A stretch of 64,000 nucleotides of DNA from an uncultured Alphaproteobacteria bacterium (GCA_944392815.1 CALXXY010000001.1:205237-269236); one strand, 5' to 3'; shown: positions 8,971 to 19,093, counted from the first letter of the stretch. Made by a program: numbers and translations. The notes: generated by a model from the sequence alone, not told the origin.

Positions 8971-9020
8971 TCTGATTTGTAATCAGAGGGTCGTTGGTTC
9001 AAGTCCGACAACTGGCACCA
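8971..9020 (+). pseudogene. 3' half of tRNA-Thr(TGT); attachment site at the island boundary
   Basis: Anticodon arm TCTGA-TTTGTAA-TCAGA, T-arm GTTGG-TTCAAGT-CCGAC, acceptor AACTGGC-ACCA. No 5' acceptor strand (GCCAGTT) or D-arm upstream. Confidence 0.85.
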
Positions 9021-9024
9021 GATT

Positions 9025-9052
9025 TTCCCCGCTGGGTGGCGGGGATTTATTT
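9025..9052 (+). terminator. Intrinsic terminator after the tRNA fragment
   Basis: TCCCCGC...GCGGGGA hairpin followed by TTTATTT. Confidence 0.6.
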
Positions 9053-9077
9053 ATGATTTATATATCAACTGAAAACA

Positions 9078-9473
9078 TCAATATCCCGACACGACCAAAC
9101 TGTGTATTAAATCGTTAATTTGTTTGGCTATTGCTGTGGAATCAAAACGTTTTAAGCCATTGGTTGCGATATCTGACATTTGTTTGGCTTTTGCCGGGTG
9201 TTCAAAAACAAACTTCATGTTTTTTGCCAACGCGTTGGCATCGCCAGTTTCAAATAATAAACCGCCGCGTCCATTCAACAGTATTTCACGTGGTCCGTTT
9301 TTACACTTGGACGAAATGCAGGGAACACCCAATGCCACAGATTCAAGCAACACTGTCGGCAGCCCTTCGCTTTCGCTGGATAAAATATTTGCAATGGCGC
9401 CCCGCATAATGCCATATGGATTATTCAGGGCACCAGTAAACACAATGCGTTTTACGGACGGCAATTGGGGCAA
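9078..9473 (-). pseudogene. GT4-type glycosyltransferase, C-terminal fragment
   Basis: 'FTGALNNPY', 'LSSESEGLPTVLLESVALGVPCISS....GPREIL....GLLF'. N-terminal domain missing. Confidence 0.75.
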
Positions 9474-9908
9474 TTATTAAATGAACTGCAATCAAACGAT
9501 ATTTTAATTGCCGCCGAGATATCACGGCTGGGTCGATCTTTGCTGGAGGTCATGCATATACTGGAATACTGTTTGAATAAAAATTGCCAGGTGTGGACCA
9601 TCAAAGAAAATTACAGATTGGGCAACGATATTCAATCCAAAGTTATGGCGTTTGCGTTTGGATTATCGGCCGAAATAGAACGCAATTTAATATCGCAACG
9701 AACCAAGGCGTCATTGGAAAGCGTGCGGGCAACCGGCAAACGATTGGGGCGGCCTTTTTCGGCGCAATCAAAAAAATTGAAACTGTCCAGCAATACCAAA
9801 AAAGTAAAAAAATTGTTGGACATGGGGTTGACCAAGTATCGGATTGCCAAAATAATGCAGGTTAAACAATCAACTGTATCCAGATTTATTGTCCGAATGG
9901 GCTGGTGA
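9465..9908 (+). pseudogene. Serine recombinase/invertase (Mpi-like), lacking the catalytic N-terminus
   Basis: 'DILIAAEISRLGRS', 'FAFGLSAEIERNLISQRTKASL', 'GKRLGRP', C-terminal HTH. No 'Y.RVS' catalytic segment. Confidence 0.75.
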
Positions 9909-9952
9909 ATATTTCCCCCACCCCGCCGGCGGCGGGGGGGGTATGATGGTGA

Positions 9953-10471
9953 TTATTTTTTACGTTTTGTGGGTTTGGATTTTTTGTTTTTTGGGGTCAC
10001 GGAATCATCGTCGTACACAGCGTAATCGTATTCGTCATATTCTGTATCAATTTCGTTGGGCGCGACGTCCATGATTTCATTCAACACACGACGGGCGCGG
10101 GGATTGCGGTCTGAATATTTTTTCAGTCCAACAACCAATGCCGCTGTTATCATTTTTTCCATGTCTGCGCTGGACACATGTTCAGACACCCGGTCGCGGA
10201 TATTTTGCGCCATATGTTTGACTGCATGTTTGGCTTTGTACAGCAACGAATGTCTGCGACGAATTTTATCGATGATTTCCATAATCCACATGATTATCAA
10301 AAACGCCACCAATGGCACCGCCACACACCAGACAAAATATTTTAACACAGAATCACTGCAGAACGACAGACCGAACATAGCGTTGCAAGTGTTCGGACAA
10401 TGCAGCAGCATAACTGCAGCGATTTCGTACAGCGCCAAAATTGTTAACCCCAGTTTATATTTTAAAAACAT
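9953..10471 (-). CDS. Hypothetical membrane protein (2 N-terminal TM segments)
   Basis: 172 aa ORF with two hydrophobic stretches and an acidic then basic tail. Confidence 0.6.
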   Translation of the reverse strand: MFLKYKLGLTILALYEIAAVMLLHCPNTCNAMFGLSFCSDSVLKYFVWCVAVPLVAFLIIMWIMEIIDKIRRRHSLLYKAKHAVKHMAQNIRDRVSEHVSSADMEKMITAALVVGLKKYSDRNPRARRVLNEIMDVAPNEIDTEYDEYDYAVYDDDSVTPKNKKSKPTKRKK

Positions 10472-10505
10472 TTTATTTCTCCCTTGGTTTTATTTGATTA
10501 ATTGA

Positions 10506-11249
10506 TTAAAAATTCATAAAGCGGATACCCATCAGCACAGTCCAATCATTGCGCCGCCAATTCCCGCCCAGGCGATGTCCTGCACGAATCCAAACGCCTG
10601 TGGTTCTGTTCAGCATTGTACCCAATTCCAATTCGGCCAAAAATTCCTGGCGGCCGGTTTCGTAATTTACCCATACCTGGGGATCGGCCAGAACCCACCA
10701 ACCCTGGTTAGACGCATATCCCAGCAACATTCTGTATTGGCCCTGGTTTATATCTTGGGAAATGGCGGGGTCGGTGTTATGCAGCGAAATGAACTGTTTC
10801 GCGACCAGCGCGCCGAATATGTTATGCCCAAACGAATACACGTATCCCAAAATCGGGTCAAAAGTATATTGCTGGGCGCCCAGGGTATCTTCGGTTGCGG
10901 TGGGCAATAAAAATTCTGCTGCACCAATCAGGGTATGACGCCCCCAGGTATGCTGGGCACGGCCACGCAATGTTAAATCGCCAATGCCGTTGTCGGAACG
11001 ACCGTGGCCACTGTACCGCACCAGCGGCAATTCTGCATTAATACCGAACACGCGTTTAATTGCATGGTCGTATTTTAATGTCAACGATGTGATTGATGAA
11101 TCACCAAATGCACGCAACTGTGGCAACAGTTCCAGTTTGGTTAAATTGTCCGCTGGGTTAATACCACGTGCGGTGTCTGCGCTGTCCGCGGCCCATACGT
11201 TTGGTGCGGCCAGGATTACGGTCAAAACCGTCAGTATTGTTTTTTTCAT
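10506..11249 (-). CDS. Outer-membrane beta-barrel protein (MetA/phenol-pathway transporter-like)
   Basis: Signal peptide MKKTILTVLTVILAAPNVWA, 'GIGDLTLR', 'LPTATEDTLG', amphipathic strands, terminal Phe. Confidence 0.6.
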   Translation of the reverse strand: MKKTILTVLTVILAAPNVWAADSADTARGINPADNLTKLELLPQLRAFGDSSITSLTLKYDHAIKRVFGINAELPLVRYSGHGRSDNGIGDLTLRGRAQHTWGRHTLIGAAEFLLPTATEDTLGAQQYTFDPILGYVYSFGHNIFGALVAKQFISLHNTDPAISQDINQGQYRMLLGYASNQGWWVLADPQVWVNYETGRQEFLAELELGTMLNRTTGVWIRAGHRLGGNWRRNDWTVLMGIRFMNF

Positions 11250-11357
11250 TTTTGTTTCCCCCATCTGAAAACATTGTGACATGGTGTGACAAAAAAATCA
11301 CCAGGAACGAAAACCCACCGCAAATGCGGTGGGCGTACGTATAATTTATCAGACAAA

Positions 11358-12230
11358 TTAATCCGATGTGACCGGGGCGTCGGCACTGCCATACTGGGCG
11401 GCGGCGTCCGTGGTGCCAACATCATCGGCCGCGTTTTCCATTTCTGCGGTTGCCGCGGCGGTGGCATCTGTGGCGGATTGTGCGTCCGCGGCCGCAGCGT
11501 CCGCAGCGGCGCGTTCTTCCTCGGCACGGGCGGCGTTTTCAATTTGCAGCAATTGTTTTTCCAACGCGGAACGTTCGGACGTTTTGTATCCCGTTTCGGC
11601 ATCAGATTCGGTGGCCCCGTCGTCAGTGGACGTGCCGCGCATTGCATCAACCGCAGGATTAATCAGATTTTCAAATATTTCCTGGTTCGCCTGGGTTCCG
11701 GTCATGTCGCGCGCCAACAGTTTACTGCCGGGGCCGGGGAAAAACCATTCGTCCAATTTCATTGCTGTCAATTGCATGATTGGGCGTGTGCGGGCATTTT
11801 CGACCCACGGTGCGGGACGTGGCGCGTCCGAATAATACCACAGCGCACACCAGTATACTATGCCCATAATCACAATACCGCGGATTAAACCGAATATTAT
11901 CCCCAGGGTACGATCGGTCACCTTCATAATACTGTTTTGTATTTTTTCGCGCAGACGTTGATTGAAAAAACCAATCAACATTAATATTACGAAAAATACT
12001 ATGAAATATGACGCGACCAACGTACCAACAGTGGACGCAGTTAAATCAAACCAACCCTGTAATAATTTGTCCAGCAACGGCGATATGAAACGTGCCGCAA
12101 TTGCCGCGATTACCCACGACAGTGTTGCAACCGTTTCGAAAATACCACCACGAATGCTGGCCCATACTGTGGACGCCACCAGGACGCCCACATAAATCCA
12201 ATCCAAAGTAGTTAAATCAAACATCGGCAT
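11358..12230 (-). CDS. cvpA: CvpA family membrane protein with acidic Ala-rich tail
   Basis: 'LDWI...S...SIRGGIFE..ATLSWVIA', 'DRTLGIIFGLIRG'. Confidence 0.85.
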   Translation of the reverse strand: MPMFDLTTLDWIYVGVLVASTVWASIRGGIFETVATLSWVIAAIAARFISPLLDKLLQGWFDLTASTVGTLVASYFIVFFVILMLIGFFNQRLREKIQNSIMKVTDRTLGIIFGLIRGIVIMGIVYWCALWYYSDAPRPAPWVENARTRPIMQLTAMKLDEWFFPGPGSKLLARDMTGTQANQEIFENLINPAVDAMRGTSTDDGATESDAETGYKTSERSALEKQLLQIENAARAEEERAAADAAAADAQSATDATAAATAEMENAADDVGTTDAAAQYGSADAPVTSD

Positions 12231-12267
12231 AATCCAATTTTATTGTTATGGTTGTGGATAAATCTTT

Positions 12268-12867
12268 TTATTTTTTCTTTTTATCCTTGCGTACCAAAAC
12301 AAACGCCAATGCTGCGACCAAAACAATTAACAGGATATAGAAATACACCGGTGACGCGGGGCTATTTTTTTTTTCGTTTTGCGTTGCGTCGTCATTTGCG
12401 GCATTTTGTGCGGCCGCATTGTATTCTGTAATTTTGCCCTGGCGATTGGCGTGCGATTTTCTGAATTCATCAGCGTTATCGTCCAATGCCTTTTTATTTT
12501 CGGCGGCGGTATCTTTCTGGTCCTGGGACATGCCAACCTCGACCGCGTCACGCAATTCCTGTTGCATGAAATCGGCATAGCCCTGGAAACATTTGTCGCC
12601 AACAACGATAACCGGCACACCACCGCTGTCGTATTCGCATTTCTTTAACGCTTCCTGGAATGCGGGCAGATTTGCCCGGTCCATAACATTAATTTGAACA
12701 ATGCGCAAATCTGGATATTCGTATACTATTCTGCTGGTGAAAAAATCACGCGCATGATGGCAATGCGGGCATGACGGCGAATAATACAGTGTGATATCGG
12801 CCGCATTTGCCGCGCCCATGAATAAAAAACCAAATACTGCGAATAACGTTGATAATTTTTTCATCAT
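12268..12867 (-). CDS. Exported glutaredoxin/thioredoxin-like protein with C-terminal membrane anchor
   Basis: Signal peptide, 'YYSPSCPHCH', 'GVPVIVVGD', C-terminal TM helix + KDKKKK. Confidence 0.75.
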   Translation of the reverse strand: MMKKLSTLFAVFGFLFMGAANAADITLYYSPSCPHCHHARDFFTSRIVYEYPDLRIVQINVMDRANLPAFQEALKKCEYDSGGVPVIVVGDKCFQGYADFMQQELRDAVEVGMSQDQKDTAAENKKALDDNADEFRKSHANRQGKITEYNAAAQNAANDDATQNEKKNSPASPVYFYILLIVLVAALAFVLVRKDKKKK

Positions 12868-12926
12868 TTCTCCTTTGACTGATTGGTTGCATTATAGAAA
12901 TCCAGCGCACTGTGTGCAAGCCATTT

Positions 12927-14318
12927 TTATTTCACATATCTGTCATAAATAACAGGGGTTTTGTTTATGGTATAAATTCTGTCGTCTGAATCACGGTTGT
13001 ACCAGACATACAATATGTTTACCATATCGTTTTCCGCATACGGGTCAGCATATCCAACAACCTGGCGCTGGGTGTTATGGGGGAAAACAGCGTGAAAAGT
13101 ATTGTCAAACACCCGGGAATATTTATCGCGGAACGATTGGCTGGCCACCACGTTCATGATTAATATGCCGTCATGGGCAATATGCGATTTTACACGCTGC
13201 ATGAATTCGGCGGTGATAAAGCCCTCGGGTATCTGGAAAGAATTTGAATAAACGTCCACCAAAATCATATCGTATTTTTCAGTGCTGTTTTTCAAATACT
13301 GACTGGCGTCCTGGACCAGGAATTTTTTATTTTCAGGCAACGGACGGCCCAGAAAATATTTTTCGGAAATTTCCTGTAATGTATGTTCTATGTCCACAAA
13401 AGTGTAATCATTAAACGTATCGTTCAGGCCGGCTGTAAATCCGCCCGTCCCCAGCACCAATATTTTATGCCGTCTGTCGGTGGGCAAATTGTATATGAAA
13501 TGTGCGTTCAGGTAATCTATGTATTCCGCGTTCTGGCCAGTTGTTGGATTATGCACAGACATCGGCAACCCGTTCATGTACAGCACACGCGTATTGTCTG
13601 TGAACTGGGTCACTGAAATAGTAGAATTCGCATTGTTTACCAAAACACCAAAACGATTGTATTGCACGTAATCGCTGTTGATAATCATGGTTGGAATCAA
13701 AATGCACAATCCCAACAATATCGTCCACCAACGCGGGCGCGTGACCAAGGCCGCAAACAATGCCAATGTGATAATTAATATCACTGTGTAATTTACACCG
13801 ATAAACGGCATTAAAATCAGCGTGGTCAGTAATGACCCCATAACGGAACCAATCGTGTCCCACGCCATAATATTACCCGTATAGTTTGTATTATATTTAT
13901 GCAGGCAACGTGACAGCAACGTTGTGTTGAACCCAAACAAAAATGGGCCAATGGATAAAAATAAAAATGAAAATATAAACGTCTGTAATACGCTGGACGT
14001 AATGCCCCATTGATACAGGCGCATAAAATATTCCATAACCAATGGAAAACTGGCGGCGCACAGGGCAAATACAGCAATCACGATGAAACTGGCGGCCAAT
14101 ATTGTTCTGATTCGTTTGTGCGCAATGCGTTCAGATGACCCCAGGAAATATCCCAATGACATAAATCCCAAAAATATGCCCATTATAATACTGGTGATAA
14201 CCGCACTGGAACCGACCCAGAACGATAACTGGCGCAGTACGACCAATTCAAAAGATAAACTGACATACCCGTTCAGAAAAATTAAAAATATTAACCATAT
14301 GCGTAATTTGCGTGACAT
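12927..14318 (-). CDS. Fused membrane domain/spermidine synthase-like methyltransferase
   Basis: N-terminal TM bundle ('ELVVLRQLSFWVGSS', 'TIGSVMGS'), C-terminal 'ILVLGTGG', 'DASQYL', 'YDMILVDVY'. Confidence 0.85.
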   Translation of the reverse strand: MSRKLRIWLIFLIFLNGYVSLSFELVVLRQLSFWVGSSAVITSIIMGIFLGFMSLGYFLGSSERIAHKRIRTILAASFIVIAVFALCAASFPLVMEYFMRLYQWGITSSVLQTFIFSFLFLSIGPFLFGFNTTLLSRCLHKYNTNYTGNIMAWDTIGSVMGSLLTTLILMPFIGVNYTVILIITLALFAALVTRPRWWTILLGLCILIPTMIINSDYVQYNRFGVLVNNANSTISVTQFTDNTRVLYMNGLPMSVHNPTTGQNAEYIDYLNAHFIYNLPTDRRHKILVLGTGGFTAGLNDTFNDYTFVDIEHTLQEISEKYFLGRPLPENKKFLVQDASQYLKNSTEKYDMILVDVYSNSFQIPEGFITAEFMQRVKSHIAHDGILIMNVVASQSFRDKYSRVFDNTFHAVFPHNTQRQVVGYADPYAENDMVNILYVWYNRDSDDRIYTINKTPVIYDRYVK

Positions 14319-14397
14319 GAAAAATCCCCCTGACCTGATTATGTTAACGATGGCATACTACTGCAAAAACTGCATAGGATTCAAGTGGGAATTTATG

Positions 14398-14700
14398 TTA
14401 TCGCGTGTGCAAAAATCGCACATCGTCAAATTCTGAATATCTGCTGAACATAGCCGATGCAAATGGGCACATTGGAATAACTTTGCGGTGTTGTTTGCGC
14501 GCCAAATCCGCCGCACAACGAACCAGGTTTAACCCGACACTGGCGCGTCTGTATTTTTCTGCGACGGCGGTATAATCTATTATCATTTTATCCGCCCCCA
14601 CCCGTACAAAAGTTATTTCACCAACATGGTGGCCATTACAATTGGCATAAAAACCTGCGCCGTCTGGAAAAATATCATAAGTGATTTTTTCATCTGCCAT
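14398..14700 (-). CDS. GNAT N-acetyltransferase (YjdJ-like)
   Basis: 'MIIDYTAV...YRRASVG..LV', 'KVIPMCPFA'. Confidence 0.85.
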   Translation of the reverse strand: MADEKITYDIFPDGAGFYANCNGHHVGEITFVRVGADKMIIDYTAVAEKYRRASVGLNLVRCAADLARKQHRKVIPMCPFASAMFSRYSEFDDVRFLHTR

Positions 14701-14777
14701 ATTAAAACGCCCCCATGTTCGGATTATAGCATGGGGGCATTGACGTTTTAATCGGATTGTAATCGGATATAATTTGA

Positions 14778-15707
14778 CTATATCATATCGTAATTTTTAC
14801 GGATAATTTTGCCACTGCGACGCAGGGCTGCGGATTCAGCCGCCGACAATTTTGGACGCAATGTGGCAACAACGCCACCCGCCCCAACCAGACGCGGCAA
14901 AGACATTGCAACCATATCAGCCCCCGTGCCGGACACTGTGCTGACCGTCAAAATTCTGTGTTCGTCGTTTATTATACAACGCAGTAAATCCGCAGCGGCG
15001 GCACCTATGCCGTCCCAGGTTGCGCCACGACCACGAATGATTTCATATGCCGCGTTGCGCACACGGTGTGCGATTGTGTTGCGTGTCGTTTGTGGCATGG
15101 ATATTTTCATTTGCCGGCAAAATTCGTCCAACGACAGTGCACCGACTGTGGCAGATGTCCAATCCACAACACTGCTGTCGCCATGTTCGCCCAATACGTA
15201 CGCATTTATTGATTGGGTGGATACGCCCAAATGCCGTGCCAATATCGTGCGCAGACGTGCTGAATCCAACATGGTGCCCGTGCCAATCACACGCCCCGGG
15301 GCCAGACGCGATAATTTTTGCGCCAGCATAACCATAACGTCCAACGGATTTGTCAGAATTATTATTTTCACGTTTTTCGCATCTACGTTGGCCATGACGC
15401 GCGGAATAATGTCTGATATCACAGCGGCGTTTTTGGCCAATAAATCAGTGCGTGTTTCGCCGGGTTTTTGATTCGCACCGGCCGCAACGATAACTATATC
15501 ACTGCCGCGGATACCGCGATAATTACTGACCGCGGTTATTTTTACGTCAAATCCAAAACTGGCGGCATGACCCAAATCATCGGCCGCAGCGCGCGCACGC
15601 ACCCCGTCGCGATCAAATAAAACTATTTCGTGAACAAATCCTGTATTTTTAACCGCGGTTGCAACCGCAGAACCAACTGTACCAATACCTATAATTGCTA
15701 TTTTCAT
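14778..15707 (-). CDS. ldh: L-lactate dehydrogenase
   Basis: 'GIGTVG' Rossmann fold, 'AGANQKPGETRTDL' (Gln = lactate specificity), 'TNPLD', 'GTMLDSARLR', 'GEHGDS'. Confidence 0.88.
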   Translation of the reverse strand: MKIAIIGIGTVGSAVATAVKNTGFVHEIVLFDRDGVRARAAADDLGHAASFGFDVKITAVSNYRGIRGSDIVIVAAGANQKPGETRTDLLAKNAAVISDIIPRVMANVDAKNVKIIILTNPLDVMVMLAQKLSRLAPGRVIGTGTMLDSARLRTILARHLGVSTQSINAYVLGEHGDSSVVDWTSATVGALSLDEFCRQMKISMPQTTRNTIAHRVRNAAYEIIRGRGATWDGIGAAAADLLRCIINDEHRILTVSTVSGTGADMVAMSLPRLVGAGGVVATLRPKLSAAESAALRRSGKIIRKNYDMI

Positions 15708-15756
15708 ATGTGTGTCCTCTCCTGAGGAAATATTATATCATAAATTGCGGGAAATT

Positions 15757-15784
15757 AAAAATCCCGCGTATTGCGGGATTTTTT
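15757..15784. terminator. Bidirectional intrinsic terminator
   Basis: AAAATCCCGC-GTATT-GCGGGATTTT. Confidence 0.7.
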
Positions 15785-17219
15785 AATATGATTTTGCAAC
15801 ATATACGTATGTTGGGTCATTATCGTCCAGGCACCGGCGCGATATTTTGTATTTTTCCATCAATTCATCAAATTTTTCATTTGTTGTTAAATCGTATTTA
15901 ATACGGAAAAATCCAATTTTACCGGCCGCCAATGCTGATTCCAGTGCGTCAATATCCGCAACATCGTGAATCATAGTTTCATTGCGACGAACGACCGCGT
16001 CATACATATCGTGCTGGATTTGTTCCAACATATTTTTCACGTCGGCCACAAATGCGTCCGTGGACATAGTTTGTTTTGATGATTTACCCAAATCACGACG
16101 TGTGACCGTCACATTGTTTTCGTCCATTTCACGCGCGCCAATTTCCACACGCAGTGGCACGCCGCGCTTAATCCATTTCCACATTTTATCCGGCGCGCGC
16201 ATATCAGATGTATCAACCAACACACGCACGTCGATGTTTTCCAATTGTTCGCCCAATTTCTGTGCGAACGCGTTTAATGCGTCGGCCGTGTCGTCACGCG
16301 TGATTGGGATAATCACAACCTGGTACGGGGCGATGGCGGGCGGCAACACCAGCCCATCGTCGTCGGAATGCGTCATGAACAAACTGCCCATCATACGCGT
16401 GGATACGCCCCACGATGTTGTCCAGGCATGTTTTAACGCACCATCTGTATCCAAAAATTGAATACCGAATGATTTTGAAAAATGCTGGCCCAGGTCATGT
16501 GATGTTCCGGCCTGTAAAGCTTTGCCGTCCTGCATAATGTGTTCCAGTGTATATGTGTGATCGGCACCGGCAAATCGTTCCTCGGGCGTTTTTTCACCCA
16601 TGATTGACGGTATGGCCAAAATTTCGCGCATATAGTCACCATACACGCGGTGCATTTTACGCGCGTCTGCATTTGCCTCTTCATGTGTGGCGAATGCGTT
16701 GTGACCTTCCTGCCAATAAAATTCTGATGTGCGCAGGAACAGGCGTGGCCGCATTTCCCAACGCATAACATTTACCCACTGATTCAATTTCAGCGGCAAA
16801 TCGCGATACGATTGTACCCAACGCGACATTGCGTCACCGATAATTGTTTCAGACGTCGGACGAATAACATACGGTTCCGTTAATTTTGCGTCTGGGTCGG
16901 GCTGTAATGTGCCGTCAATCATTTTCAGACGATAATGCGTGACAACGGCGGCCTCTTTGGCAAAGCCGGCGACATGTTCGGCCTCGCGATTAAAAAAATT
17001 GATTGGTATCAGTAATGGGAACTGAGCATTTTGCGCGCCACATTTTTTTATGCGTTTGTCCAATGCATCACGCATCAATTCCCAAATGGCCCAACCATAC
17101 GGCTTTATCGTCATGCACCCACGCACAGGCGCATTTTCCGCCAAATCGGCCGCAGTTATCAGGTTTTGATACCATTCGCTGAAATTTTCCGAACGGGTCG
17201 GTGTAATTGCTGTTTTCAT
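15783..17219 (-). CDS. proS: Prolyl-tRNA synthetase, archaeal/eukaryotic type (housekeeping)
   Basis: 'FSEWY', 'PVRGCM', 'RPTSET', 'QWVNVMRWE', 'LFLRTSEFYWQEGH', 'LQAGTSHDLGQHF', 'SWGVSTR', C-terminal 'KSY'. Confidence 0.95.
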   Translation of the reverse strand: MKTAITPTRSENFSEWYQNLITAADLAENAPVRGCMTIKPYGWAIWELMRDALDKRIKKCGAQNAQFPLLIPINFFNREAEHVAGFAKEAAVVTHYRLKMIDGTLQPDPDAKLTEPYVIRPTSETIIGDAMSRWVQSYRDLPLKLNQWVNVMRWEMRPRLFLRTSEFYWQEGHNAFATHEEANADARKMHRVYGDYMREILAIPSIMGEKTPEERFAGADHTYTLEHIMQDGKALQAGTSHDLGQHFSKSFGIQFLDTDGALKHAWTTSWGVSTRMMGSLFMTHSDDDGLVLPPAIAPYQVVIIPITRDDTADALNAFAQKLGEQLENIDVRVLVDTSDMRAPDKMWKWIKRGVPLRVEIGAREMDENNVTVTRRDLGKSSKQTMSTDAFVADVKNMLEQIQHDMYDAVVRRNETMIHDVADIDALESALAAGKIGFFRIKYDLTTNEKFDELMEKYKISRRCLDDNDPTYVYVAKSY

Positions 17220-17237
17220 TGTTTTTAATCTCTTTTA

Positions 17238-18065
17238 TTATTTTGCATGTTTATTTTTTAATTCCATATATTTATCAGAAACTGTTTTGTGCAGCGTTTC
17301 TGCAATCTGCTTTCTGTCCATACCCGCCAGGGGCGGTGGTGGCAACACAGTCAATTCAACCATAAATCCACCCAACATCATGATGTGAAATACCTGGCCG
17401 AATGCGCTGCGTTCACGTGAACACGCGGGACCCATATCCTGGTTTGAATTATTAAAGTATGCAAAATGTTCCGCCATGTCCGCATCGGATATCGGACTGC
17501 CGTCGCGAAAACGATAATTCATGACCAGCGGTTGTACAACCACGTCCGAATTTTCAACAAAATTGAACAAAGTGCTTTTAAATGGTTTTACATACGCGCC
17601 GTTTGTTGTGGTACCTTCGGGAAATAAAAATACAGGATACGACACAGTGTTCAATGTATCGCGAACCTGGGCCAATGCGTCCAGCGCGTGCGATGGGCGA
17701 CGGTCAATAAACACCACACCAAATTTACGCGCAACCCAGCCAACCAATGGCCATGATTCCATTTCTTTTTTGGCAATAAAACTGCCGCCCAAGGCAACTG
17801 GGAACGTTGCGATTTCGAAAATAGATATGTGATTGGATATGACCAATAACGGCCTGTGCGATGAAATTTTTCCATGCACGCGGATTTTTATTCCAGCCAA
17901 CACCAACAATATCCGCATAAAAAATGACATATATTTCACCGACCATTTTGAACGCGGCAATACCAAAATTATTGGCAATTGGATTGCAACCATAATCCAA
18001 AACGCAGTGAATTTTAATACTGCACCAAACGTGTTAAAAATATTTTGCCGTCTGACGTGTGCCAT
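17238..18065 (-). CDS. olsA: Lysophospholipid/lyso-ornithine-lipid acyltransferase (OlsA-like)
   Basis: 'SNHIS', 'FIAKKEMESWP', 'FIDR', 'FPEGTTT'; directly downstream of the olsB-like gene. Confidence 0.75.
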   Translation of the reverse strand: MAHVRRQNIFNTFGAVLKFTAFWIMVAIQLPIILVLPRSKWSVKYMSFFMRILLVLAGIKIRVHGKISSHRPLLVISNHISIFEIATFPVALGGSFIAKKEMESWPLVGWVARKFGVVFIDRRPSHALDALAQVRDTLNTVSYPVFLFPEGTTTNGAYVKPFKSTLFNFVENSDVVVQPLVMNYRFRDGSPISDADMAEHFAYFNNSNQDMGPACSRERSAFGQVFHIMMLGGFMVELTVLPPPPLAGMDRKQIAETLHKTVSDKYMELKNKHAK

Positions 18066-19024
18066 TATTTTTCGTCCCCATCATCGTCATGTTCATCATC
18101 GATGTATTCAGCGTCGGCGGCATCTTCGCGCAGTAAAAATTCCAGAACCGAACGAACCATTTTAAACGACCCCGTCACAGGCAGCAGCATAATTTTGCCA
18201 ACTGTTTTTAACGGATTGTCGCGCACGTCCAGATTTTCCAGCGCATTTTCACGCCCCAGGAAATGTTTCTGGTATGCGGCATCAATTTTTTTGGTTTGCA
18301 CCATGACAAATACATCATACGAATTGAACGGTTTATCAATAAATACGCCGCGACCAAATGTCGCCCCCAAACGTAAATAGCCCTTTATCAACGGGGTCAT
18401 TTGACGGCGGGCGTCTGTTTCGTCAACAAATTCGCGCGGCAAAATATTCATGCGCGACAGTTTCGGATTAACGCCTTCGGCGAAATTTTCACTTAACACC
18501 GTGGCGCGCAATCCCAATGGCGACAAATGATTGTAATACAGGTATGAAATGGCCTGGGCAGATTCCACGGATTTTGTGCCAACCCATGACGCAACACCAA
18601 ACAAAATCGCAATTTTGCGGCGCATTACAAATTCACCCAGCCCCGCCCATAACATACGCATAACCAGCGCATTATCACGATATTCGCGTTTCACACATGC
18701 GCGCGACATTTCTGCGATATTGCCGTCGACCTTTTTAATTTTTGAAATATTAAATTCTGTTTCGGTATAAAAACTGCCCATTTTTTCGGCATTGTTGCGG
18801 TCAATTATACGATATGTGCCAACAATTTTTCCATTGTGAAACACCGCCAAATATTCGGCATAGCGGTCAAAATCATCATATTCTTCGCGCAGATTTTTTT
18901 GTTCTTCGGTGGCGGTGGCACCCTCTTCCTCGACAAAAACTTCATAGCGTAATTGACGCACCTGGCGACGTTCTTCTTTGTTTCTGGTTAAACGCACTTC
19001 GTAATCGCGAACCTTGATAGCCAT
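18065..19024 (-). CDS. olsB: Ornithine N-acyltransferase, GNAT (OlsB-like)
   Basis: 'LRYEVFVEE.GA', 'DDFD', 'VGTYR', 'FYTETEF', 'EMSRACV', 'PLIKGYLRLGA'. Confidence 0.8.
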   Translation of the reverse strand: MAIKVRDYEVRLTRNKEERRQVRQLRYEVFVEEEGATATEEQKNLREEYDDFDRYAEYLAVFHNGKIVGTYRIIDRNNAEKMGSFYTETEFNISKIKKVDGNIAEMSRACVKREYRDNALVMRMLWAGLGEFVMRRKIAILFGVASWVGTKSVESAQAISYLYYNHLSPLGLRATVLSENFAEGVNPKLSRMNILPREFVDETDARRQMTPLIKGYLRLGATFGRGVFIDKPFNSYDVFVMVQTKKIDAAYQKHFLGRENALENLDVRDNPLKTVGKIMLLPVTGSFKMVRSVLEFLLREDAADAEYIDDEHDDDGDEK

Positions 19025-19093
19025 AGATTTATACCTTTTTATATTTTCCTATGCTGTCAAGAATACCAAAGAAAACCGCCCTTTTCAATTATT

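Larger units (their letters stand above)
1..9020. mobile_element. Integrative genomic island (right end) inserted at tRNA-Thr(TGT)
   Basis: Integrase next to a tRNA 3' fragment, arm repeats, visibly AT-richer sequence than the flank, accessory cargo. Confidence 0.8.

Noticed and set aside
8941-9020. Complete tRNA-Thr gene
   Set aside because: No 5' acceptor strand or D-arm; treated as an att fragment.
11246-11888. Overlapping ORFs of 134-200 aa over the cvpA 3' end
   Set aside because: Alternative frames of an Ala-rich, GC-rich tail; no recognisable motifs.
17238-19024. olsB/olsA pair as a novelty
   Set aside because: Known ornithine-lipid pathway, common in alphaproteobacteria.
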